Below are positions 18,865-29,384 of a stretch of 64,000 nucleotides of DNA, in pieces. Under the pieces are notes generated by a model. The model made no database searches. It worked only from the letters and a program-made list of their open reading frames with translations, and was not told the origin of the DNA. Each line of letters begins with the position of its first letter. The first letter of the stretch is position 1. Origin of the DNA: Cycloclasticus sp. 46_120_T64 (GTDB lineage Bacteria; Pseudomonadota; Gammaproteobacteria; Methylococcales; Cycloclasticaceae); assembly GCA_002162695.1 (NCBI GenBank), contig MAAM01000013.1, positions 14,510 to 78,509 on the forward strand. The letters are read 5' to 3'. Position numbers and translations under genes: made by a program.

Positions 18865-20075
18865 TATCTAGCCCTCGCTGATCTATCTCTATAACTGGTA
18901 TCACGCCCGGTATTAACTGGCGCTGTTTTTTCTGGCGGTGTGATAAAACGACTCGTTGCCACCGGTTTTGCCGTTGAACTCTTGATCAATTTATCAATCG
19001 GCAAATACATCATATTATTGCCGTTTTTCACGTCCATAATCACTTTCCTAGAATTCCCCAGCACATCTTCCATGGTTTCTAAATACAAACGCTTCCGAGT
19101 CACTTCTGGCGCAAGCTCATATTGCGTGCGTAATTGATCAAAACGAGACGCATCACCAGTCGCCTCAGCAATAACCCGCTGCTCATACGCTTCGGCTTCT
19201 TGTACGATTCTTGACGCAGCACCACGTGCCTGAGGAATTATTTCGTTTGAATAGGCTTGAGATTCGTTGATATAACGCTGTTCATCTTCACGCGCTTTAA
19301 TCGCGTCAGAAAAGGCTCCCTGAACTTCTTCAGGTGGTTGCGCTTCTACCAAGTTAACTGAGGTAACAATAAGGCCCGTTTCGTAGTCATCCAACATGAC
19401 TTGCAAGGCTGATTCAACCTTCGCTACCACCTCGCTACGGCCTTCAGTCAATACGAAGTCCATTTTATTTTTTCCAATAACAGCTCTTAATGCACTTTCA
19501 GTCGCCTGTTTTAAGGTAACTTCTGGCGCACGTACGTTGAAGATGTAATCTTGTGCGCTTTTCACTTTATATTGCACCGCCAACTGAATATCGATGATAT
19601 TTTCATCTTCGGTCAACATCAACGCTTCTTTACGAATACTGCTAACCGCTTGCTGGTTAGTTCCTGAACGGTAACCAATTTCAATAAAGCGCTGCTGATC
19701 GACATTGATGATCATTGCTTTATCAATCGGGCTTGGAAAACGCCAATGCGGCCCAGGCATGGTTGTTTCGTAATATTTACCAAAACGTAAAACCACGCCT
19801 CGATTCCCCTCATCGATGATATAAATACCCGAGGCTAACCAAACGATTACTCCGACCAACAGTAATATGCCGATGTTTAAACCTGAGGGTGCGCCCGGTC
19901 CATCCTTCGTCGAAGAGCCCTTCCCCTTAGAACCACCGCCACCAAAAATGCCGCCTAACTTGTTTTGCAAGGAACGGACTATCTCATCCAAATCGGGTGG
20001 GGTTTGTTGCTGCTCTTTTTTTCGCCCACTCCATGGGTCTTTCTTTTTATCTTTATCCGAGTCATCCCAAGACAT
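18864..20075 (-). CDS. hflK: FtsH modulator HflK
   Basis: The 403-aa ORF has an N-terminus with DPW...PPDLDEIVRSLQNKLGGIFGGGG, followed by an SPFH domain. Confidence 0.93.
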   Translation of the reverse strand: MSWDDSDKDKKKDPWSGRKKEQQQTPPDLDEIVRSLQNKLGGIFGGGGSKGKGSSTKDGPGAPSGLNIGILLLVGVIVWLASGIYIIDEGNRGVVLRFGKYYETTMPGPHWRFPSPIDKAMIINVDQQRFIEIGYRSGTNQQAVSSIRKEALMLTEDENIIDIQLAVQYKVKSAQDYIFNVRAPEVTLKQATESALRAVIGKNKMDFVLTEGRSEVVAKVESALQVMLDDYETGLIVTSVNLVEAQPPEEVQGAFSDAIKAREDEQRYINESQAYSNEIIPQARGAASRIVQEAEAYEQRVIAEATGDASRFDQLRTQYELAPEVTRKRLYLETMEDVLGNSRKVIMDVKNGNNMMYLPIDKLIKSSTAKPVATSRFITPPEKTAPVNTGRDTSYRDRSARAR

Positions 20076-20174
20076 AGTTAAACCTCATTATTGAGTTATA
20101 GTAAATGAATAGTAGATTTTAGGTGGGTACCGAGGTGTAAGCAAGAACTAATACACGCAGTTTTACTGGCGGCG

Positions 20175-21437
20175 TTATAGGTCTTTCAGTAAATAGCTAA
20201 ACTTATTAGCAATAACCACCTCGAGTAGGCAGTCACCATTGTCTTCCGTCACCTCACTAATAACCTGTGCGTGATTAAACAAGGCCGCCCGCAACTTAGC
20301 TTGATGCGGTTTCAAGGTTAATGATCGACGTGTCGTATCGGTGTGGCAATGTGTCGACAAACTATCTAATAATAGGCCGACACCCTCATTCATCATCGCC
20401 GATAACCAAACTGCTTTAATCTGTCCAGCATCATCCAGGTCAACGTGCGGCTCAACCGCGGTTAAGCGATCAACCTTGTTATATACCATTAACTGCGGAA
20501 TGCTGTCGGCACCAATTTCTTTCAATACCAAATTAACTTCGTCGATCTGTTCTTGCCGATTAGGGCTGCTCGCATCCACCACGTGTAGTAATAGGTCTGC
20601 CTCTATCGTTTCTTGCAAGGTCGAACGAAATGCCGCAACCAATTCATGCGGTAAGTCTTGAATAAAACCCACCGTATCGGCGAGCACTATCTCACCAAAA
20701 TCGGGCAGCTTCACCTGTCTAAGCGTTGGGTCCAAGGTGGCAAACAATTGATCCGCCACATAAATAGACGAGTCACTCAAGGCGTTAAACAAGGTCGACT
20801 TACCCGCATTGGTATAACCCACCAAAGAGACCGTCGGCACATCGGCGCGTTGCCGACTACGTCGCCCCTGCTCGCGCTGCTTATCAACCTTTTGTAAACG
20901 TGATTTTATTTGTCGAATCCGCTGACTGACCAATCGCCGATCGGTTTCTAATTGAGTTTCACCCGGGCCACGCATACCGATACCGCCCTTCTGACGTTCC
21001 AGATGGGTCCAACCGCGCACCAAACGAGTTGACAAGTGTTGTAACTGAGCGAGTTCAACCTGCAACTTACCTTCGAATGACTGTGCTCGTTGAGCAAAAA
21101 TATCCAAAATTAAATTGGTTCTATCGAGCACTCGAACCTCTAGCTCTTTTTCTAAGTTACGCTGCTGACTCGGGCTTAATGAATGGTTAAACAACACCAC
21201 ATCGGCACAGGTTTCGTGCAATAAATGTTTGACCTCTTCCAACTTACCCTTGCCAACATAATACCGAGAATCGGGGGTTTTTCGTGAACCCTTCACGGTA
21301 ATAACGGGTTCAACATTCGCCGACTCAACCAGCTGAATAAACTCGTCTAGATCATCTGCTGAAAAACTTTCATTAATAGATAAGTGAACAATCAGTGCTT
21401 TTTCACCCGTATCGGGGCGATCAAATAATTCCATCAA
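20175..21437 (-). CDS. hflX: GTPase HflX
   Basis: The 420-aa ORF carries G motifs GYTNAGKST and DTVGF and an NKVD motif. Confidence 0.95.
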   Translation of the reverse strand: MMELFDRPDTGEKALIVHLSINESFSADDLDEFIQLVESANVEPVITVKGSRKTPDSRYYVGKGKLEEVKHLLHETCADVVLFNHSLSPSQQRNLEKELEVRVLDRTNLILDIFAQRAQSFEGKLQVELAQLQHLSTRLVRGWTHLERQKGGIGMRGPGETQLETDRRLVSQRIRQIKSRLQKVDKQREQGRRSRQRADVPTVSLVGYTNAGKSTLFNALSDSSIYVADQLFATLDPTLRQVKLPDFGEIVLADTVGFIQDLPHELVAAFRSTLQETIEADLLLHVVDASSPNRQEQIDEVNLVLKEIGADSIPQLMVYNKVDRLTAVEPHVDLDDAGQIKAVWLSAMMNEGVGLLLDSLSTHCHTDTTRRSLTLKPHQAKLRAALFNHAQVISEVTEDNGDCLLEVVIANKFSYLLKDL

Positions 21438-21468
21438 ATAAATCCGACTCTATTATAAACTTAGCTGC

Positions 21469-21702
21469 CTAAGCTTCTTCGTCATTACGCGCCATATTAA
21501 AGGCTCGCCCAGGCACAACCGTGGAGATCGCGTGTTTATAAACCATTTGGTTAACCGCATTTTTAAGGATAACCACGTATTGATCAAAGGAGTCAATTTG
21601 ACCCTGTAGCTTAATGCCATTCACCAAGAAAATAGACACCGGAACGTGCTCCTTCCTCAGTGTATTTAAAAAACTATCCTGTAAATTATGCGCCTTAGAC
21701 AT
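21469..21702 (-). CDS. hfq: RNA chaperone Hfq
   Basis: The 77-aa ORF reads [42 protein letters not shown]...[12 protein letters not shown]. Confidence 0.98.
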   Translation of the reverse strand: MSKAHNLQDSFLNTLRKEHVPVSIFLVNGIKLQGQIDSFDQYVVILKNAVNQMVYKHAISTVVPGRAFNMARNDEEA

Positions 21703-21788
21703 GTTTATTCCTTTTTGTTATGTGTCATATAATTATGTTACGAGCGATATGGCGACAGCAAAACGCTATTTCAACCCAAGCAAACGCT

Positions 21789-22721
21789 TTATTCCATAAA
21801 ACACTGCAAAACCTTATCTTGAACGAAGTCAGCCCCCGTTTCAAGCCAAGTTGTATCGTGTTGCTTTCTTAACCAAGTAAACTGCCTTTTTGCTAACTGC
21901 CGAGTCGCAATAATAGCTTTTTCCCGAAAACCAGTCGAATCGCACTCGCCCTGCAAATAAGCCCAGGCCTGACGATAACCCACCGCCCTGATGGCAGGCA
22001 TCGTCGAGTCCAGGTCTCCCCGCTCAAACAAGGCCTTCACCTCATCAACAAACCCCTGTTGTAGCATTTGATCAAACCTTAAAATAATTTTCTCATGCAA
22101 TATCGCTCGATCACTCGGCGCGATGACAAACTTCAGCGGTTCGAAGGGTAACACCTGCTCAGCCTGCTGCTTGAGCCAATCGGTATGGCTACGCCCAGAG
22201 GATAAGTATATTTCCAGCGCACGCTGAGTGCGCTGTGTATCATTTGAGTGAATTCGCTGCGCCGACACGGGGTCCACCTCACGCAAACGCTGATGCACCG
22301 CAAGCCATCCCTCAGTCTCGGCCTGTAGATCTATTTGCCGACGAATAGCCGCATCCGCATCCGGTAATTTGGCCATCCCATTCAATAACACATGAAAGTA
22401 CAACATCGTACCACCCACCAAAATGGGCACCTTGCCCCGCGCCGCAATATCAGCAATCAATGACAGCGCCTGCTGCCTAAATTGTCCGGCAGAAAAAACC
22501 TCGCTGGGGTCTAAAATATCAATCAGGTGGTGCACCACCCCTTGTCGCTCGACTAAGTCTGGTTTTGCCGTACCAATATCCATCCCTCGATAAACCAAGG
22601 CCGAATCCACGCTAATAATTTCACCATTCAGTTCTTTTGCAAGTTCAACACCCAATGCCGTTTTACCGGAGGCGGTTGGCCCCATCAATAAAATAATCCG
22701 CGTTAATTCCGTTTTTAGCAT
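21789..22721 (-). CDS. miaA: tRNA dimethylallyltransferase MiaA (start moved to MLKTELTRIILLMGPTASGKT)
   Basis: The P-loop GPTASGKT is close to the N-terminus. The longer ORF-track start would overlap the mutL 3' end by 76 nt. Confidence 0.93.
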   Translation of the reverse strand: MLKTELTRIILLMGPTASGKTALGVELAKELNGEIISVDSALVYRGMDIGTAKPDLVERQGVVHHLIDILDPSEVFSAGQFRQQALSLIADIAARGKVPILVGGTMLYFHVLLNGMAKLPDADAAIRRQIDLQAETEGWLAVHQRLREVDPVSAQRIHSNDTQRTQRALEIYLSSGRSHTDWLKQQAEQVLPFEPLKFVIAPSDRAILHEKIILRFDQMLQQGFVDEVKALFERGDLDSTMPAIRAVGYRQAWAYLQGECDSTGFREKAIIATRQLAKRQFTWLRKQHDTTWLETGADFVQDKVLQCFME

Positions 22722-22726
22722 CGGCC

Positions 22727-24517
22727 TCACTGCCCCCTTAAAAACAACGAGTCCAATTGCTTGGCATCCAGTAAAACCCAGGTTGGCCGCCCATGGTTGC
22801 ACTGACCACTGTTATCTGTTTTTTCAATATCGCGCAACAACACATTCATTTCAGCGATCGTTAAACGGCGGTTAGCGCGTATCGAACCATGACAAGCCAT
22901 GCTCGCCAAGACTTCATAACAGGCCAGTTTGATGCTATCGCTTTCCCCAGTTTTAGCTAAGTCTTGTAATAAATCACGTACTAACTTCTCGGCACCCTCC
23001 TGTGCCAGCAATACGGGAATTGATCGCACTAATACGGTATTCGGCCCCGCAGCACTCAACTCGACACCGAGCTCCGCCAACATCGCTTGATACTGTTCAA
23101 ACAACACCACCTCTTCATCACTCAATTGCAGCTTCTGCGGAATCAATAAGGGCTGGCTCGGCATCTCACCCGCGTCATACTGAGCCTTTAATTTTTCATA
23201 CACGATACGCTCGTGTGCGGCATGCGTGTCCACCACAACTAGACCACGATCCGATTCGGCGAGAATATAGGTATTATGTAAGTGGGCAACCGCAAAACCC
23301 AGCTGTGGCATCGTATCCGCCGAATAATCAGCTGTAACATTCCCAAGCGGTGCACGACTATGCGCTGCCGTTGGCACACTAAAAGGCACCCCGCCACCGT
23401 AAGCCTTCGCCGGTTCAGCAATTGGCATCGACATCGAACGCTGCTGCATCGTTGGGTAGTTTTCACTGGTGGCCTGCGGACTTGCTTGCATGGTTTTAAC
23501 CGCGTAATGGTCTTCCGGCCTCGCATCAGCTAATAATTGTTTAACCCGTCTGTAGACAAAATCATGCACCGCTTTGCTTTCCCGAAAACGTACTTCGAGC
23601 TTGGCTGGGTGCGCATTCACATCGACCAATCTGGGGTCGATGCTGAGGTATAAAACATAAACGGGGTGACGACCGTGAAACAATACATCTTGAAAGGCCA
23701 AACGAACCGCGTGATTAATCAATTTATCGCGAATCAAGCGCCCATTCACGTAGAAGAATTGCATATCTGCCTGTGAACGCGAATAAGTCGGTAAGCCAAC
23801 CCAACCTTGCAGGGCTAAATCACCATTAACCACATCCAATTGTAACGATTGAGCAACAAATTCATCTCCGCAGAGCAAACCCACTCGCTGGTCTTTTTGC
23901 TCGCTAGATAAGGCCGGCTGTAAATCAATCAGCTGTCGCTGATTATGCTTCAGACTAAAACCGACATCAAAACGGCTCAAGGCCATTCGTTTAATCACCG
24001 TTTCGATATGAGAAAACTCAGTTTTATCGGTTTTAAGAAATTTTCTACGTGCTGGCGTATTATAAAAAAGATCGCGTAATTCCACACACGTACCTATCGC
24101 ATGCGCCGCCGGCACCGGCTCCAACTCTTCTTCCGTGCCATCAGCCTTAACCACCCAAGCGGCTCGTTCTTCGGCCTGCCTAGAGGTCAGCGTTAAACGA
24201 GAAACCGAACTCATGCTCGGTAAAGCCTCGCCCCTAAAACCAAAACTTAACACCGACTCCAAGTCATTTAACGAACCAATTTTACTGGTCGCATGGCGTG
24301 ACAGTGCTAAACCTAAATCGGCCTTAGAAATTCCCGAGCCGTCATCCGTCACTCGGATTAAACGCGAGCCGCCTTCTTCTATCTCAATCAATATATTGGC
24401 CGCGGCCGCATCCAAGGAGTTTTCAACCAACTCTTTCACCGCAGACGCGGGGCGCTCAATGACCTCACCCGCAGCAATTTGATTGATTAACTGAGGGGGG
24501 AGTTGTTTTATGGACAT
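22727..24517 (-). CDS. mutL: DNA mismatch repair protein MutL
   Basis: The 596-aa ORF has the GHKL ATPase N-terminus IAAGEVIERPASAVKELVENSLDA. Its C-terminal endonuclease-less dimerisation domain is typical of gammaproteobacteria. Confidence 0.96.
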   Translation of the reverse strand: MSIKQLPPQLINQIAAGEVIERPASAVKELVENSLDAAAANILIEIEEGGSRLIRVTDDGSGISKADLGLALSRHATSKIGSLNDLESVLSFGFRGEALPSMSSVSRLTLTSRQAEERAAWVVKADGTEEELEPVPAAHAIGTCVELRDLFYNTPARRKFLKTDKTEFSHIETVIKRMALSRFDVGFSLKHNQRQLIDLQPALSSEQKDQRVGLLCGDEFVAQSLQLDVVNGDLALQGWVGLPTYSRSQADMQFFYVNGRLIRDKLINHAVRLAFQDVLFHGRHPVYVLYLSIDPRLVDVNAHPAKLEVRFRESKAVHDFVYRRVKQLLADARPEDHYAVKTMQASPQATSENYPTMQQRSMSMPIAEPAKAYGGGVPFSVPTAAHSRAPLGNVTADYSADTMPQLGFAVAHLHNTYILAESDRGLVVVDTHAAHERIVYEKLKAQYDAGEMPSQPLLIPQKLQLSDEEVVLFEQYQAMLAELGVELSAAGPNTVLVRSIPVLLAQEGAEKLVRDLLQDLAKTGESDSIKLACYEVLASMACHGSIRANRRLTIAEMNVLLRDIEKTDNSGQCNHGRPTWVLLDAKQLDSLFLRGQ

Positions 24518-24581
24518 AAACGATTAGCTACTTTATAGAATAGGGATAAAAAACCGGAACCACATTGTATCGAAAAAAAAG

Positions 24582-25916
24582 CTAGCTAGGTATGCGGATA
24601 ATTTGTCCGATGCGAATTTTACTATTACGCATCGCGTTCAACTTTTTAAGCGAGTTCAACGACACCCGATAACGCTTTGCAATGGCCGACAAGGTATCGC
24701 CTTTTTTGATTTTATAACTAGACTTTGCACGCTGCTTAAGCGGTGTGCTGGGTAAGTGCTGAGTAGACAGGTAGCTTTTCACCCCATTCAAGATGGCCTT
24801 GGCCACTTTCAGCTGATGGCTAGGACGGCGTAATTTAGCTTCTTCCTTCCGATTGGAAATAAACGCCGTCTCCACTAAAATCGACGGGATATCCGGTGAC
24901 TTCAGCACCATAAACCCCGCTCGCTGTACTTGTTTTTTATGCATATGCCCCAGGCCTTTGAGGTTTTTCAACACCTCCGTCGCCATCCGCGCACTAGCAT
25001 CTTCGGTAGCACTTTGCGAGAGGTCCAACAACACCGACGCCAGCACATCGTCCTTATCATCTAAACTGACCCCACCCACTAAATCGGCCGCATTTTCACT
25101 GCTCGCCAACCAACGAGCGGCCTCACTACTGGCGCCACGGTTTGACAGTACGTACACTGACGAGCCCCTTGCCCGCTCATCTTTAAACGCATCGGCATGA
25201 ATAGAGACAAACAAATCAGCCTTCGCCCGACGTGCCTTTTCCATCCGTTTACGCAAGCCGATATAATAATCTCCCGAGCGCACCAAGTAGGCTTTCATAT
25301 TCGGTTGTTTATTGATCAACACGGCCAGTTTTTTAGCAATCGCCAATACCACGACTTTTTCGCGGGTGCCTCGATAACCTTTTGCACCGGGGTCTTCCCC
25401 GCCATGCCCGGCATCAATCGCCACCACCCACTTTTTATTTTTCGACAAATGGGTCACTTTTTTAAGTGCCACAGGTTGGCTCGAAGACTTGTTTTTAGCC
25501 GGGTACAAATCAATCACCAAACGCTGCCCATAATCAGCATTCGGTTTCAACTGGAAACTCTTAACATTAACCGGCGTTTTCAGATCCAACACGATACGTA
25601 AATCCCGCTTATTTCGCGGAGCCTGTCGCATCAAGCTCAACACCTTATGATCGTTTGGAAAAACCGGTAAATTGGCCGCAAATCTGATGTTTTTTAAATC
25701 TACCACTAAACGAGGCGGGTTATCTAAAGCAAACACCTTATGCTCAACCGTCGATGTGATGCCTAACACTAAACGTGAATGATCGGGCGCGGTCCAAAAA
25801 CGCAAAGACTCTAGTTTGTTCTTTGTCGCCGCCAAAACAGGCGATGAGGTGAGCAGTAAAACTAACCCAGCCATCAGCCACCACAAACCCGTGTTTTGTG
25901 TATTCCTTCTCATCAA
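24582..25916 (-). CDS. amiB: N-acetylmuramoyl-L-alanine amidase (AMIN + Amidase_3 + C-terminal LysM)
   Basis: The 444-aa ORF has a signal peptide and the amidase_3 core (VVAIDAGHGGEDPGA...SIHADA). The C-terminal LysM reads YKIKKGDTLSAIAKRYRVSLNSLKKLN. It is syntenic with tsaE-amiB-mutL. Confidence 0.9.
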   Translation of the reverse strand: MMRRNTQNTGLWWLMAGLVLLLTSSPVLAATKNKLESLRFWTAPDHSRLVLGITSTVEHKVFALDNPPRLVVDLKNIRFAANLPVFPNDHKVLSLMRQAPRNKRDLRIVLDLKTPVNVKSFQLKPNADYGQRLVIDLYPAKNKSSSQPVALKKVTHLSKNKKWVVAIDAGHGGEDPGAKGYRGTREKVVVLAIAKKLAVLINKQPNMKAYLVRSGDYYIGLRKRMEKARRAKADLFVSIHADAFKDERARGSSVYVLSNRGASSEAARWLASSENAADLVGGVSLDDKDDVLASVLLDLSQSATEDASARMATEVLKNLKGLGHMHKKQVQRAGFMVLKSPDIPSILVETAFISNRKEEAKLRRPSHQLKVAKAILNGVKSYLSTQHLPSTPLKQRAKSSYKIKKGDTLSAIAKRYRVSLNSLKKLNAMRNSKIRIGQIIRIPS

Positions 25917-26000
25917 GCTAAAACCTTAACCCCTAATCACTTATTGTTTTTTCGAGAACAGCAGCATAAACCCCTGTTTACCCATGTGTTTTCATATAGC

Positions 26001-26408
26001 TCAAGCGACCGATACTAACAGTTCCCGCTGGCAACCGTTAATCTTTATCTCCAACAACATATCCGGCTCTGGTAAAAAACCCGCGCCTTTATCAGGCCAC
26101 TCAATAAAACAAATTGACTCTTTATTTAAGTAATCACGCATCCCCATGTATTCCAGCTCTTCATCATCCATCAAACGGTATAAATCAAAATGGAACAACG
26201 TCTGCTCATTTATCAGATAGGCCTCAACCAAATTATAGGTTGGGCTTTTAACGGCGCCTTGATGGCCTAAACCTCGCAACACCCCGCGAACCAAGGTGGT
26301 TTTACCCGCCCCCAAATCCCCTTGCAAAAAAACTAACATCCCAGGCTGAAGCTGCAACGCCAGTTTCGCGCCCGCGTCTAACATCGCCTGTTCATCTTTA
26401 ATAATCAT
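26001..26408 (-). CDS. tsaE: tRNA t6A37 biosynthesis ATPase TsaE
   Basis: The 135-aa ORF carries the P-loop GDLGAGKTT and ends in the FIEWPD motif. Confidence 0.9.
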   Translation of the reverse strand: MIIKDEQAMLDAGAKLALQLQPGMLVFLQGDLGAGKTTLVRGVLRGLGHQGAVKSPTYNLVEAYLINEQTLFHFDLYRLMDDEELEYMGMRDYLNKESICFIEWPDKGAGFLPEPDMLLEIKINGCQRELLVSVA

Positions 26409-27861
26409 TCACTAACTCTCTTATTGCTTGCATTAAATCACTCGCCAGCAGTCCCCGTTCGCCATTTAGCGCCGCACGATCGCCAGCCATCGCGTGAATC
26501 ATAACGGCTAATTTAGTCGCCACCGAGATATTATATTGCTGGCCCAATAAGGCGGCAATAACACCGGTCAACACATCGCCCATACCACCCGATGCCATCC
26601 CCGGGTTACCCGCAGTACACACCGAAATCAACTGCCCATCATCAATCAGACTACCCGCGCCTTTTAACACCACTACGCCACCATATTGCTGCTGCAAGCA
26701 CCTAACGGCGGCAAATCGATCACCTTGTACATCCGCCGTTGAACAGGATAATAAACGAGCCGCCTCCGCAGGGTGCGGTGTTAATACCCAATTATCTCGT
26801 TTTTCTGCTGTCTTCGCTAATAAATTAAGCCCATCGGCATCTATCACCATCGGCTTATCTAAGGCTAAAGCCGCACTAAACAATTCCTGCGACCAGTCTG
26901 TTTGCCCCAAACCCGGGCCAATCGCAAGCACGCTACAGCGCTCCATCAGCCGCTGTAAGTCAGTCGCTGAACTCACCCCATGACACATCAATTCAGGCCT
27001 ATTTATATTCATGAAGGCTGCATGTTCGGGCCTCGTAGCAATACTCACCAAACCAGCACCCGCGCGTAACGATGCTTCCCCCGCTAAGCGAATAGCACCA
27101 CTATAAGCCGTGGCTCCACCCACTAATAAAATATGTCCATAATCACCCTTATGACTATTTTTCGCGCGGGCAGACAAACTTTTTTTCAGTAATTCAAACA
27201 CCAACAGTTGCGCATCAGCCACTTGCCCAGCCAACACACATTGGCTCAGCGATAAATCATCAAGCAACACCTCACCGGCATAACCCAGCCCATCCGCCGT
27301 ATACAAACCACGTTTTAAGGCAACAAAACTCAGCGTGGTATCGGCACGCACAGCGCCGTTGTATGCAAGCCCTGTGTCAGCAGCAACACCTGAAGGCAAG
27401 TCAACCGACAAAACAACCAAGCCAGAGTTATTCATCAAGTGTGCCGCGGCCAAGTATTCCCCAGCTAAGGGTTTGCTCAAGCCGGTGCCAATCAATGCAT
27501 CAACGATGCCCCCCGGCTCAAGCGTGGCCGGCAACTGGCTAATTAATTTTCCGAACTGCTGGTAATCTTGCATCGCGCGCAAAGCCTCCCCGCCCAAACG
27601 ACTCGGCTCCAGCAACGCATAAACCCGAGGTTTAAAGCCCGCTTCAAGCAACAGACGAGCCAATACATAACCATCACCGGCATTATTCCCAGCCCCGCAA
27701 AAGACATGCACTAGCTGATTACTAATCAGCATTTGCTGTAGCTGCTGGAAAAGCGCCTGCCCAGCTCGCTGCATTAACTCAAACGCCGTAACGCCTGTTT
27801 GCTGCATCGCCTGCTGCTCCATTTGGCGGACTTGTTCTGCACTAAAAATAGGAAATGACAT
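26398..27861 (-). CDS. nnr: Bifunctional NAD(P)H-hydrate epimerase/dehydratase Nnr
   Basis: The 487-aa ORF has a YjeF_N domain plus a carbohydrate-kinase-like C-terminal domain (HKGDYGHILLVGG...GSGDVLTG-like GGMGDVLTG). Confidence 0.9.
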   Translation of the reverse strand: MSFPIFSAEQVRQMEQQAMQQTGVTAFELMQRAGQALFQQLQQMLISNQLVHVFCGAGNNAGDGYVLARLLLEAGFKPRVYALLEPSRLGGEALRAMQDYQQFGKLISQLPATLEPGGIVDALIGTGLSKPLAGEYLAAAHLMNNSGLVVLSVDLPSGVAADTGLAYNGAVRADTTLSFVALKRGLYTADGLGYAGEVLLDDLSLSQCVLAGQVADAQLLVFELLKKSLSARAKNSHKGDYGHILLVGGATAYSGAIRLAGEASLRAGAGLVSIATRPEHAAFMNINRPELMCHGVSSATDLQRLMERCSVLAIGPGLGQTDWSQELFSAALALDKPMVIDADGLNLLAKTAEKRDNWVLTPHPAEAARLLSCSTADVQGDRFAAVRCLQQQYGGVVVLKGAGSLIDDGQLISVCTAGNPGMASGGMGDVLTGVIAALLGQQYNISVATKLAVMIHAMAGDRAALNGERGLLASDLMQAIRELVNDY

Positions 27862-28162
27862 GATAAAGACAGCCTCTTAAAGAACTCATTTAATTCTAAT
27901 CCATCTCAGTAAAGCTTGCCGCAAACAAACTATTCTTTTAGCCGCGCTTTAACGGCTCAGGCCAATCATCAGCGAAGGTGCTCAACAGCTAGATTCGCTA
28001 CATAAAACCTGTTGTTAGCTTATAGAAATACTAATTTATACCCGAGGAAACGGGCCATCATCTACAATGATCGACGAATAATAGCAAAACCGGGTTTTTA
28101 GTCGTCGTCACTACCGAGCGATGCTAATACAAGAAGCCCATTTAGACTAACGAGTCTCTTCC

Positions 28163-29233
28163 ATGCCTATACACAACGAGTCCGATTTACAACAACTAGC
28201 CCAAAAAATAAAAACCTTAGGGGAGTCCCTCGGCTTTCAACAGGTAGGCATAACCGACACCGAATTATCCGATGCAGAAATCCAGCTAAACCGCTGGTTG
28301 GATGCAGGACTACACGCGGATATGGACTATATGCACAAACACGGCACTAAACGTACTCGCCCCGCCGAATTACACAACGGCACGGTGCGCATCATTTCCT
28401 GTCGAATGGACTATCTACCGGAACCCATGAAGCAGACCAACGAGCGCATGGCCGACCCTATTCAAGCCTACATTTCTCGTTATGCGTTGGGCCGAGATTA
28501 CCACAAGGTGATCCGTAAAAAGCTGCAACGCCTCGCCGATATGATCGAACAAATAATAGGGCCTTTTGGTTACCGCGCCTTTGTCGACAGCGCCCCCGTC
28601 ATGGAAAAGGCGATTGCGCAAAAAGCCGGTTTGGGCTGGATTGGTAAACACAGCAACGTATTGAATAAAGACGCTGGTTCCTGGTTCTTTCTTGGTGAAC
28701 TCTACGTTGACTTGCCATTACCAATCGACCAAGCCGCTGAGGAGCATTGCGGAGAATGCCGCCGCTGCATTGACATTTGCCCAACTCAGGCGATCATCGC
28801 CCCTTATGTGGTCGATTCTAGGCGCTGCATTTCGTATTTAACCATTGAATTAAAGGGCTCTATTCCAGAACAATTCCGTCCCTTGATGGGCAACCATATC
28901 TATGGCTGTGACGACTGCCAGCAAGTCTGTCCGTGGAATCGATTTGCCCAGCTCACCGATGAAAAAGATTTTATGCCTAGGCAGGATTTAGATCATATTG
29001 AGCTCATTGAACTTTTCCAATGGGACGAAGAAACCTTCCTAAAAAAAACCGAAGGTTCCGCTATTCGGCGCATTGGCTATGCTAGCTGGATTAGGAATAT
29101 TGCGATCGCCTTAGGCAACGCCCCCAAGCACAACCGAATTTTAAAGGCATTAAATAAGTACGCTCAGCACCCAGAGCCGATTATTAGAGAACACGTTGCC
29201 TGGGCGATTCAGCAGCAACAAAACAAACAATAA
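28163..29233 (+). CDS. queG: Epoxyqueuosine reductase QueG
   Basis: The 356-aa ORF has 4Fe-4S motifs CGECRRCIDICPT and CDDCQQVCPWN and a HEAT-like C-terminus. Confidence 0.92.
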   Translation: MPIHNESDLQQLAQKIKTLGESLGFQQVGITDTELSDAEIQLNRWLDAGLHADMDYMHKHGTKRTRPAELHNGTVRIISCRMDYLPEPMKQTNERMADPIQAYISRYALGRDYHKVIRKKLQRLADMIEQIIGPFGYRAFVDSAPVMEKAIAQKAGLGWIGKHSNVLNKDAGSWFFLGELYVDLPLPIDQAAEEHCGECRRCIDICPTQAIIAPYVVDSRRCISYLTIELKGSIPEQFRPLMGNHIYGCDDCQQVCPWNRFAQLTDEKDFMPRQDLDHIELIELFQWDEETFLKKTEGSAIRRIGYASWIRNIAIALGNAPKHNRILKALNKYAQHPEPIIREHVAWAIQQQQNKQ

Positions 29234-29290
29234 ATAAGCTTTCCTTCGCCCCCTCCCTTCTACCAGCTACCTTCTCGATAAATACAGCAT

Positions 29291-29317
29291 TAAAGTTTTA
29301 AGCTTATTAGCCGTTAT
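29291..29317 (+). promoter_or_regulatory. Sigma28 (FliA) promoter of chemoreceptor 1
   Basis: TAAAGTTT-N11-GCCGTTAT compares with the consensus TAAAGTTT-N11-GCCGATAA. It lies about 68 nt upstream of the ATG. Confidence 0.7.
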
Positions 29318-29340
29318 AAGGCTGAATAAATAATAATAAT

Positions 29341-29374
29341 TTAAAAGATTCCACAATAACTTTAAAGATTCCAC
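29341..29374 (+). repeat. Two 14-nt direct repeats (TTaAAAGATTCCAC / TTtAAAGATTCCAC, period 20 nt) in the chemoreceptor 1 leader
   Basis: The repeats are read directly from the sequence. The second copy abuts the GAGGGG Shine-Dalgarno. Confidence 0.8.
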
Positions 29375-29384
29375 GAGGGGAACC

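Noticed and set aside
22722-22802. N-terminal extension of miaA (MQPWAANLGFTGCQAIGLVVFKGAVRP)
   Set aside because: It would overlap the mutL 3' end by 76 nt. MiaA homologues start a few residues before the GPTASGKT P-loop, so the internal ATG at 22719-22721 is preferred.
23002-25601. Several 83-134-aa ORFs antisense to mutL and amiB (for example 24135-24482, 24853-25200, 25197-25601)
   Set aside because: They are fully embedded antisense in well-conserved genes. Their sequences are low-complexity and Arg/Ser/Pro-rich, with no start-site signals, so they are most likely chance open frames.
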